Shown piece after piece: positions 9,247-16,736 of a stretch of DNA of 64,000 nucleotides; the first letter of the stretch is position 1, and every line of letters starts with the position of its first letter. The stretch lies in the NCBI GenBank assembly GCA_035622175.1, contig DASPVV010000005.1, positions 18,509 through 82,508 on the forward strand, written 5' to 3'. Both the position numbers and the translations under genes were made by a program. The stretch is from Terriglobales bacterium. Lineage in GTDB: Bacteria > Acidobacteriota > Terriglobia > Terriglobales > Acidobacteriaceae. The notes below the pieces were generated by a model, which worked only from the letters and a program-made list of their open reading frames with translations, was not told the origin of the DNA and did not search any database.

Positions 9247-10575
9247 ATGAGCAAGACCGCTACCCAACTCCGCGATGAGATCTCCTTGCTGGTCAGGCAG
9301 TACTACGAGGTCGCGCTTGCCCCGCGCCCCTTCATCCCCGGTCAGAGTACGGTGCCGGTATCCGGCAAAGTGTTCGATGCCTCCGAGCTCGAGCATTTGG
9401 TCGGAGCCTCGCTCGACGCCTGGCTCACCGCGGGACGCTTCGCAGCTCAGTTTGAGGGTGATTTTGCCGCTTTCATGGGTGTGCGCTGTGCGTCGCTCGT
9501 CAATTCCGGGTCCTCAGCCAACCTGGTTGCCCTATCTTGCCTGACTTCGCCCTCGCTGGGTGATCGCAGGCTGCGCGCGGGCGACGAAGTGATCACTGTG
9601 GCCGCCGGCTTTCCAACCACGGTCAATCCCATCCTGCAGAACGGACTGGTGCCGGTTTTCGTCGATATCGAGCTGCCCACTTACAATGTGGACGTCGACC
9701 AACTTGAAGCCGCGGTGTCAGATCGAACCAAGGCGATCATGCTGGCGCACACTCTCGGCAACCCGTTCGACCTCGACGCGGTCATCTCCTTTGCCAACCA
9801 CCATAATCTCTGGGTAATCGAGGACTGTTGTGATGCGGTAGGGTCTACCTACCAAGGCCGCTTGGTAGGAACCTTCGGCCACCTGGCTACCACCAGCTTT
9901 TATCCGGCGCACCATATCACCATGGGCGAAGGCGGATGCGTATTGACGCAATCCCCGGCGCTGAAAAAGTTGGTCGCGTCGTTTCGCGACTGGGGGCGCG
10001 ACTGCTGGTGCGACCCCGGCAAGTCGAACACCTGTGGCCGCCGTTTTGAATGGACGCTCGGTGATCTCCCCGTCGGATACGACCACAAATACATTTACAG
10101 CCATATCGGCTACAACCTGAAGGTCACCGACATGCAGGCAGCTGTCGGGGTCGCACAACTGAAGAAGCTGCCGGCATTCATTCGAGCCCGCCGCGAGAAC
10201 TTCGCTAGGATGTACGCTGCGCTCAAGGATCTCGAGGACATCTTTCTTCTGCCGGAAGCGACTCCGCAATCTGAGCCCAGTTGGTTCGGGTTCCCTCTGG
10301 CGGTGCGCAAGGATGCTCCTCTCACTCGCAATCAGCTCGTCGTCTTTCTGGAGTCGCAGCGAATCGCGACGCGTCTTCTTTTCGGCGGCAATCTGCTTCG
10401 ACAGCCCGCCTACCGCAACGTGCCCCGGCGCGTAGTCGGCGACTTACCCAACACTGACTTCGTCATGAACAACGTCTTCTGGATCGGGCTCTACCCCGGG
10501 ATCACTGAACCGATGATCGATTACATCGCGGAAACGTTCCGCCAAGTCCGGAAAGCGGCAGCCCAAGGAGCCTAG
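9247..10575 (+). CDS. rfbH: CDP-6-deoxy-L-threo-D-glycero-4-hexulose-3-dehydrase (E1; RfbH/DdhC, DegT family)
   Basis: 442 aa. [14 protein letters not shown] has His in place of the usual PLP lysine. Cysteine spacing is DCC-X57-CWC-X7-C (EDCCDAVG...[13 protein letters not shown]), matching the C-X57-C-X1-C-X7-C Fe-S motif I recall for E1. Confidence 0.85.
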   Translation: MSKTATQLRDEISLLVRQYYEVALAPRPFIPGQSTVPVSGKVFDASELEHLVGASLDAWLTAGRFAAQFEGDFAAFMGVRCASLVNSGSSANLVALSCLTSPSLGDRRLRAGDEVITVAAGFPTTVNPILQNGLVPVFVDIELPTYNVDVDQLEAAVSDRTKAIMLAHTLGNPFDLDAVISFANHHNLWVIEDCCDAVGSTYQGRLVGTFGHLATTSFYPAHHITMGEGGCVLTQSPALKKLVASFRDWGRDCWCDPGKSNTCGRRFEWTLGDLPVGYDHKYIYSHIGYNLKVTDMQAAVGVAQLKKLPAFIRARRENFARMYAALKDLEDIFLLPEATPQSEPSWFGFPLAVRKDAPLTRNQLVVFLESQRIATRLLFGGNLLRQPAYRNVPRRVVGDLPNTDFVMNNVFWIGLYPGITEPMIDYIAETFRQVRKAAAQGA

Positions 10576-10578
10576 ACC

Positions 10579-11661
10579 ATCGTTCCCAATCGACTAACGG
10601 GCGATCTCGAGAACATTCTGGCGCGCACGGAGTCGCTCTGGCGGGACCTGCGCCGTGAGCGCATCCTGATTACGGGCGCCACAGGGTTTTTTGGATGCTG
10701 GCTGCTCGAGAGCTTCGTTTGGGCAAATCGTCGCCTCCATCTTGATGCTCACGCGGTAGCTTTGTCGAGACATCCCGAAAAGCTTGCGCAGACGGCGCCT
10801 CACCTGGCGGGGGACTCCGCAGTTACACTCCACGCCGCCGATGTTCGGCATGGCGATTTTCCCCAAGGCCACTTCTCGCATGTCATTCACGCCGCCACCG
10901 ACGCGAACGCCCGGCTGAACAAGGAAGAGCCCACCGTCATGTTCGACACGATTGTCGAAGGCACGCGCCGCGCTCTCGAGTTTTCGATTGCCAGTTCCGC
11001 CGCCAGGTTTCTCTTCGTCAGTTCCGGTGCGGTCTACGGGACCCAACCGCCGCAACTCACGCACCTGCCCGAGTCGTTCTCCGGCGGCCCCGATCCCCTG
11101 GCACCGGCGTCGGCCTACGCCGAAGGTAAACGCGCCGCAGAATTACTCTGTGCTCTTCTGGCTACCCCGTGCCTCGAGACCACCGTGGCCCGCTGTTTTG
11201 CGTTTGTCGGGCCTTACATGCGTTTGTACGCGCATTTCGCCATCGGCAACTTCATCGGGGACAGACTCCGGGGTGGCCCAATTCAGGTCCACGGCGACGG
11301 CTCTCCGTTTCGTTCCTATCTGTACGCGTCGGATCTGGCAGTTTGGCTCTGGACCATCCTGTTCAAGGGGCAGTGTCGGCGCGCCTACAACGTTGGTTCT
11401 GAAGACGCCGTGAACATCGCTGCCCTCGCCAACCAGGTCGCCTTGGCGACAGCATGGCAGAAGGTCGACGTCAGGATCGCTTTGTCACCGGCGGCCGGGG
11501 CCCCGGTTCACCGCTACGTGCCATTGACGTCACGCGCGCGTTCGGAACTCGCACTCCATGCCGAGGTTCCTTTAGAAGAAGCCATCCGACGCACCTATCT
11601 CTGGTTCGCCGAGCACCAGAGTTCCGGTCAGCTCGCCGCCCCACGAGGAACTCATGCATAG
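10579..11661 (+). CDS. NAD-dependent epimerase/dehydratase family protein (candidate CDP-4-keto-3,6-dideoxyhexose reductase or epimerase)
   Basis: The frame is open from 10576, right after the rfbH TAG, and encodes LTGDLENILARTESLWRDLRRERILITGATGFFGCWLLESF. This Rossmann motif lies upstream of the first canonical start (TTG 10762). Later motif: YAEGK (YxxxK). Start provisionally placed at ATC 10579, 8 nt after AAGGAG. Confidence 0.7.
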   Translation: MVPNRLTGDLENILARTESLWRDLRRERILITGATGFFGCWLLESFVWANRRLHLDAHAVALSRHPEKLAQTAPHLAGDSAVTLHAADVRHGDFPQGHFSHVIHAATDANARLNKEEPTVMFDTIVEGTRRALEFSIASSAARFLFVSSGAVYGTQPPQLTHLPESFSGGPDPLAPASAYAEGKRAAELLCALLATPCLETTVARCFAFVGPYMRLYAHFAIGNFIGDRLRGGPIQVHGDGSPFRSYLYASDLAVWLWTILFKGQCRRAYNVGSEDAVNIAALANQVALATAWQKVDVRIALSPAAGAPVHRYVPLTSRARSELALHAEVPLEEAIRRTYLWFAEHQSSGQLAAPRGTHA

Positions 11662-12271
11662 CGCTGCCACTTGGGGAGCCCGGCCTCAGCACGCTTGCTT
11701 CGTCTCCGGCGGCAATGAGGTGGTCCCGTGTCATCACCAAGAATTGGTTGTCGCGGATGACGATCTTCTGGCAGCGGCATACGACATCCTCAGCGGTCGC
11801 GGGTTCCCTGGTGCCGTGGCGTCCGCGACCCGGCAAGACTGCGGCCGTTTTGACCGCCAGTGGTCCCCCCACGACAGAGCCCAGCCCTCGCGCCGCTCGA
11901 TTGGTCGCCCCACTTCACCCCGGCGGTCTGGTGGGTGGCGCTGCCGATGGCCGCAAAGATACTCGGTTATGGGGGCGAGCCTGGCCGCTTGCATCGTAGA
12001 CGAGCCCGGCCTCCCGTACCTCTGCCATCAGCAGGAGCCGGCCTTTGCCATCTCCCCCGAGCGCGATGGGTGTTCACGACGCCTGGGTGGGGAGCAAATT
12101 CGAAGCCTCGCCGAGAGCCCAGCCGTCACCCCATGGCCACGTGGTTTTTTCCATCCAGAGGACATGTCCCGATTCCAGGATGGGACTGAACCGGTGGGCA
12201 ATTTGATCCAGGAATCAGGACAGTACCATGGAGATAAGCCCTACCGCCGTGAGGGAAGGAGATCGCGATGA
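11654..12271 (+). CDS. Doubtful hypothetical protein (205 aa, Arg/Pro/Trp/Cys/His-rich, 1 Lys)
   Basis: This is the only frame open across the 606-bp space between the SDR and neuB-like genes. The ATG overlaps the upstream stop (ATGCATAG), and its TGA overlaps the downstream ATG (ATGA). The composition is atypical for this genome and no family is recognised. Confidence 0.3.
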   Translation: MHSAATWGARPQHACFVSGGNEVVPCHHQELVVADDDLLAAAYDILSGRGFPGAVASATRQDCGRFDRQWSPHDRAQPSRRSIGRPTSPRRSGGWRCRWPQRYSVMGASLAACIVDEPGLPYLCHQQEPAFAISPERDGCSRRLGGEQIRSLAESPAVTPWPRGFFHPEDMSRFQDGTEPVGNLIQESGQYHGDKPYRREGRRSR

Positions 12272-13182
12272 ATGTGGAGAATAGCAGCGGATCCCCAGCC
12301 AACAACCCACCCGTCCGACTGGGCACAAAAGGGGTCGGAGCCGGACAGCCTTGCTACATCATCGCTGAAATCGGAATTAACCACAACGGAGACGTTGGTC
12401 TTGCCAAGCAATTGATCAACGTAGCGGTGGGCGCTGGTTGCAGCGCTGTCAAGTTTCAGAAGCGGACGATTGATGTGGTCTATTCAGCCGCGGAGTTGGC
12501 CAAACCACGCGAAAATCCTTTCGGACCGACCAATGGCGATCTCAAACGGGGGCTTGAGCTGGACCTCGAAGAGTATAGGGAAATTGATCGTTACTGCAAA
12601 GAAGTGACGATTGACTGGTTCGCCTCCTGCTGGGACGAAGGGTCGGTGGATTTCATCAGGCAATTTGATGTGCCCTGTTTCAAAATCGCCTCGGCCTGCC
12701 TCACGGATGACAATTTGTTACGCCATACCCGAGCCGTTGGAAAACCGATTCTGCTGTCAACTGGGATGAGCACGATTGAGCAGATCGACCACGCGATCGA
12801 AGTTCTGGGCAGGAAGGACCTGGTCCTGATGCAAGCCTGCAGCACCTATCCCGCGTACTACGAAGAACTGAACCTGCGTGTCATCCATACGTTGATGGAG
12901 CGCTACCGACTGCCGGTCGGCTATTCCGGCCACGAAACCGGCTTGCCTTCGAGCGTGGCGGCGAGAGTGATGGGCGCCTGTGTCATCGAGCGGCATATCA
13001 CCCTGGACCGCTCGATGTGGGGTTCGGATCACGCTGCCTCACTTGAGCCCAACGGAATCACCCGTTTGGTTCGCGACATTCGTTTGATCGAGAAGTCCAT
13101 GGGGGATGGAATCAAGCGCGTGCTCGAGCGCGAACAGCCGGTCATCGACAAATTGCGGCGGGTGCGGGCAGCGCATGCCTAA
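12268..13182 (+). CDS. NeuB-family PEP-condensing synthase (sialic-acid / nonulosonate synthase-like), lacking the C-terminal SAF domain
   Basis: PCYIIAEIGINHNGDVGLAKQLINVAVGAGCSAVKFQKRT and later GYSGHETG...ERHITLDRSMWGSDHAASLEP are NeuB TIM-barrel motifs. At 304 aa the protein ends shortly after the barrel. Confidence 0.8.
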   Translation: MNVENSSGSPANNPPVRLGTKGVGAGQPCYIIAEIGINHNGDVGLAKQLINVAVGAGCSAVKFQKRTIDVVYSAAELAKPRENPFGPTNGDLKRGLELDLEEYREIDRYCKEVTIDWFASCWDEGSVDFIRQFDVPCFKIASACLTDDNLLRHTRAVGKPILLSTGMSTIEQIDHAIEVLGRKDLVLMQACSTYPAYYEELNLRVIHTLMERYRLPVGYSGHETGLPSSVAARVMGACVIERHITLDRSMWGSDHAASLEPNGITRLVRDIRLIEKSMGDGIKRVLEREQPVIDKLRRVRAAHA

Positions 13183-13660
13183 GATCAGGGCCATCGCGAT
13201 GGATGTGGATGGCGTACTCACCGACGGCGGCGTGTGGTGGGGGCCGAATGGCGAAGAGTGGAAGCGGTTTTGTTTTGCCGACATTATGGGTCTCTCGCTG
13301 GCGCGCAAGGCCGGATTCGTGCTGGCCTTGATTTCTGGGGAAGATGGTCCTGTAGTGAGTCGTCTAGCGGCAAAGATGGACATTAGGGATGTCGTTCTGA
13401 ATTGCCAGCAGAAGGCGGCTGCCTTAACCGAATTCGTCCACCGACACGGCCTTGGTCTTAAGGAAGCATGCTTCATGGGCGACGACGTGAATGACATTTC
13501 GGCTCTGGAGATCGTCGGATTTTCCGCCGCTCCCGCCAACGCACAACCGGCGGTACTCGCCAAGTGTGACTTTGTCACCAAAGCTTCGGGTGGGAATGGC
13601 GCAGTCCGCGAGTTGGTGAATCACCTGCTGGCTGCTCAGCACCGGGAATCGTCGCATTAG
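13175..13660 (+). CDS. HAD-IIIA phosphatase, KdsC family (ulosonate-phosphate phosphatase)
   Basis: MPKIRAIAMDVDGVLTDGGVWW and FMGDDVNDISAL are KdsC-family signatures. ATG 13175 overlaps the NeuB-like gene by 8 nt. Confidence 0.85.
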   Translation: MPKIRAIAMDVDGVLTDGGVWWGPNGEEWKRFCFADIMGLSLARKAGFVLALISGEDGPVVSRLAAKMDIRDVVLNCQQKAAALTEFVHRHGLGLKEACFMGDDVNDISALEIVGFSAAPANAQPAVLAKCDFVTKASGGNGAVRELVNHLLAAQHRESSH

Positions 13661-13853
13661 CCGCAACTTGAGAGCTGATGAAAGTTTCAGATTACGGCAC
13701 TCGTTTTGTGGGCGACCTCGGAGTTTGGGAATTCCGCAGCAAGTTTGTTCGATCGCGACGACTACGATATTTTCCTTCGCCGGCGAGGACCGTCGGGAAC
13801 TGGTGGGCTATGCCGTCCGTAGCAAGTCGGGGGGAATTCTACACGAAGGTAAT

Positions 13854-14846
13854 ATGAAGAAGACCATCTCCATCGTCACCCCATGCTTCAATGAAGAAGA
13901 AAACGTCCGCGAGGTTTACGATCGAGTCCGCGCTGTCATGAGTTCGCTCGCAATTTACAACTACGAACATCTCTTCATTGACAATGCTTCGACGGACGGC
14001 ACGTTCGCAATCCTCAAGCTCATCGCGTCCTTGGACACCAACGTAAAGGTCATTCGAAATGCGCGCAACTTCGGCCATATACGTTCTCCGATGCATGCGC
14101 TTCAGCAAGCGTCGGGAGACGCAGTGATCGGAATCGTCGCCGATCTGCAGGATCCTCCGGAAATGATCGTTGATCTGGTTCGACAGTGGGAAGAGGGCTT
14201 TCCGATCGTGATTACGGTCAAGCAGTCGTCCGGGGAAAACAGTTTGATGTTCGGGATACGCAAGATTTACTACAAGATGGTGAACCGGTTGTCAGGGATT
14301 GAAACCTACGAGAACTTTACCGGGTTCGGCTTGTATGACCGCAGCGTCGTCGAGCTGATCAAACAGTTCAACGACCCATATCCCTATTTTCGGGGCATAA
14401 TCGCAGAGATCGGGTTGCCTCATGCAGAGATTGCTTTCCACCAGCCACGGCGGAGCCGAGGCGTTACAAAGAACAATTTCTATTCGCTATACGACATGGC
14501 CATGCTGGGGATCACCAATCTGTCCAAGGTGCCGTTGCGCATGGTAACGCTGAGTGGCTTCGTTGGAGCTGCGATCTCGGTTTTTGCAGGATTCGCCTAT
14601 TTGCTCTATAAGTTACTCTTCTGGCGTAACTTCTCGGTTGGCATTGCACCGCTCGTGATTGGGATGTTTTTGATGGGGTCGCTGCAATTAGTCTCGGTAG
14701 GAATTATCGGCGAGTACATCGGACAAATCCACACTCTGGTCCAGCGGCGGCCCTTAGTCGTTGAACAGGAGCGTCTCAATTTTCAGCACCCCGCGGGGCG
14801 ACCCATGGCGCAATCGCCCCTGGGCAGAGAATCGCAACCGGTCTAA
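13854..14846 (+). CDS. GT2 polyprenol-phosphate glycosyltransferase (GtrB/CsbB/ArnC-like)
   Basis: MKKTISIVTPCFNEEENV, DNASTDGT and ADLQDPPE form the GT-A core. Two C-terminal TM helices follow (LSGFVGAAISVFAGFAYLLY, IAPLVIGMFLMGSLQLVSVGIIG). ATG 13854 is preceded by GAAGG. Confidence 0.85.
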   Translation: MKKTISIVTPCFNEEENVREVYDRVRAVMSSLAIYNYEHLFIDNASTDGTFAILKLIASLDTNVKVIRNARNFGHIRSPMHALQQASGDAVIGIVADLQDPPEMIVDLVRQWEEGFPIVITVKQSSGENSLMFGIRKIYYKMVNRLSGIETYENFTGFGLYDRSVVELIKQFNDPYPYFRGIIAEIGLPHAEIAFHQPRRSRGVTKNNFYSLYDMAMLGITNLSKVPLRMVTLSGFVGAAISVFAGFAYLLYKLLFWRNFSVGIAPLVIGMFLMGSLQLVSVGIIGEYIGQIHTLVQRRPLVVEQERLNFQHPAGRPMAQSPLGRESQPV

Positions 14847-15313
14847 CGGGCTTGTGGCGATTGGAAGGAGAACGTTTTGTGTCCCACAAACCCTATCACA
14901 AGATTCAAACCCATAAGAACTGCTCCAGCGATGTAGGGCGCGGCGGTGTCGAATCTCGTCGAGTGGCGCACTGCATAGACTAAGGGAGGCAACAGAAGTA
15001 TCCCCGTCACAATTCCCCCGCTGTAGACAAGCACACAGCGAACCCACTCTCGCAGGTAGTTCCCCTTGGTTTTAAAGATGACCCACTTATACCCCAGGAA
15101 GGCAACTGTGATATTCAAGAAGCTGGCCAACACAGTCGCAAAAATGTAGGCGTATGGTAGGTGAGGCGTGAGCAGGAAGGTGAGGGCCGCGTAGGTCGTA
15201 TATCCGAACACGGTGTTCCAGATGCCGACAAGAATGTAGCGACCAAATTGGACCGGCGATAGGTGCCGTATGAGTCGTCTGACAAGGCTGGCCTGCTGAA
15301 GGCTTTCTGGCAC
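14843..15313 (-). CDS. gtrA: GtrA family membrane protein (putative lipid-linked sugar flippase)
   Basis: 156 aa with 4 TM helices. FGRYILVGIWNTVFGYTTYAALTFLL is a GtrA-like N-terminus. GTG start is preceded by GGAGG. The stop overlaps the GT2 stop by 4 nt, tail to tail. Confidence 0.8.
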   Translation of the reverse strand: MPESLQQASLVRRLIRHLSPVQFGRYILVGIWNTVFGYTTYAALTFLLTPHLPYAYIFATVLASFLNITVAFLGYKWVIFKTKGNYLREWVRCVLVYSGGIVTGILLLPPLVYAVRHSTRFDTAAPYIAGAVLMGLNLVIGFVGHKTFSFQSPQAR

Positions 15314-15316
15314 CCT

Positions 15317-15991
15317 CTAGCCTCCGAAAAGTTCCGCCTCGACAATTTCCACGAGAATGTGTTCGGTGAGGATGTGAGCTTCTTGGATACGCGGTATTTC
15401 GTCAGAGGGGATGCGGATGCAGTGTTCGGCAGCGGTGGCGAGTCTACCGCCACTTCGACCCGTGAGCGCGACCGCGGACACCGTCATACGTCGCGCGGCC
15501 TCGATGGCCCGTACTACGTTTTCCGAATTGCCGCTTGTGCTGATGCCCAACAGCACATCTCCTGCCCGAGCGAGCCCCTCGAGCTGCCGCGAGAAGACCT
15601 CCTCGTAAGAATAGTCATTGGCGATGGCGGTCACGGTCGAGGTATTGGCGGTCAGCGCGAGACCAGCCATGCTTGGGCGCTCCTTCAGAAATCGACCCGT
15701 CAACTCAGCGGCCAGATGTTGTGCGTCGGCGGCACTTCCACCGTTACCACAGAAAAAGATTCGGCCACCCCGGCTCAGCGATCCGCTCATGACCAATCCG
15801 ACCTCAGCCACACTAGCTAGGTAAGTCTCATCCTGAAGCAGCATTTGCTTAACCGAAATACTGTCAAGGACTTTCGCCGAAATCCAGGGGACCAAAGCCG
15901 AAGCCTTCGAGCTTTTCAGCCGCGCAGGTAGGTGAGATGCGGACATGTCGCCTTGTAGCATTCTAGCCGGAGGAGAAAGGACTGTCCGCAT
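15317..15991 (-). CDS. gmhA: SIS-domain sugar-phosphate isomerase (phosphoheptose isomerase GmhA-like)
   Basis: FFCGNGGSAADAQHLAAELTGRF...VLLGISTSGNSENVVRAIEAARR...ALTGRSGG...IPRIQEAHILTEHIL are GmhA motifs. The start is uncertain (15991, 15961 or 15946). Confidence 0.82.
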   Translation of the reverse strand: MRTVLSPPARMLQGDMSASHLPARLKSSKASALVPWISAKVLDSISVKQMLLQDETYLASVAEVGLVMSGSLSRGGRIFFCGNGGSAADAQHLAAELTGRFLKERPSMAGLALTANTSTVTAIANDYSYEEVFSRQLEGLARAGDVLLGISTSGNSENVVRAIEAARRMTVSAVALTGRSGGRLATAAEHCIRIPSDEIPRIQEAHILTEHILVEIVEAELFGG

Positions 15992-16736
15992 TACTTATGT
16001 CACGATCTTCGCTTCCATGATCATGAAGTCACGAAGTCTCGAATCAACCGGAAGGGAGGCCAGAATGGCTCTTTCCGGCGTGACCAAAGCCGGTGGACGT
16101 AGCGACGATTGAGAGCGCAGGAGATTGCGTCAGAACCATGAGCGTAGTCACCTTGTGACAGCACCTGGGAGTAACCCCCGCGTGGCGCGCTGGTGGTCGG
16201 CATATCCCATGACACCCCGCCTTTGCCGCTCATTCCATCGCGTAGGGGTGGCAAACGTTGTCGCTGGTACGCCTGGAAAACGGAAGTTCGGTGGCAGCTG
16301 GCCAAGTCCTTCGCCCTGGCCATAACTGTAGCTCACGATCCTCAATTATGCCCGCACCACACTCAAACCCAAACCGGGCTTCGTGTCACTGCTTGTCTTG
16401 ACCGCCGGCATGATCGCCATGGTCTCAAACCTACACCGGAGCAAATTGCTTCCCTCCGCCTGCAACCACGAAACTTTGCCGGAGTGGAATTACACCATCA
16501 AGCCTCAACGGTAGAGTTATGCCTGCGTGGTCCCTTAGGTTGACTGTGATACCGACACCTCGACCGCCAACAGTTGTTTACTTTTTACATCGCTCAGCAC
16601 CCAGCCAAGAGGCAGGATGCCCATGAGGACAGTCGATTTCCGCCCTCCTCTTTCCTGTCTTTCTGTGCGGCTCTAATGGGCGCTCCCTTTGGCCCGAGTA
16701 CATTGTCTTGACGCTCGCCCCCACCCACCCTTGCTC

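Noticed and set aside
10594-11064. 156-aa minus-strand ORF covering the region where the SDR gene lacks a canonical start
   Set aside because: The plus-strand frame encodes a textbook Rossmann N-terminus (ILITGATGFFGCWLLESF) in exactly this stretch. The minus ORF has no recognisable features.
11662-12267. Minus-strand frame that reads protein-like in places (FLDQIAHRFSPILESGHVLWMEK..., IALGGDGKGRLLLMAEVREAGLVYDASG)
   Set aside because: It is interrupted by at least three in-frame TGA codons. It would have to run on through the antisense of the SDR gene to find a stop. It is the directly antisense frame of the open plus-strand ORF, so it is probably a shadow. It is kept only as a caveat in the finding on 11654-12271.
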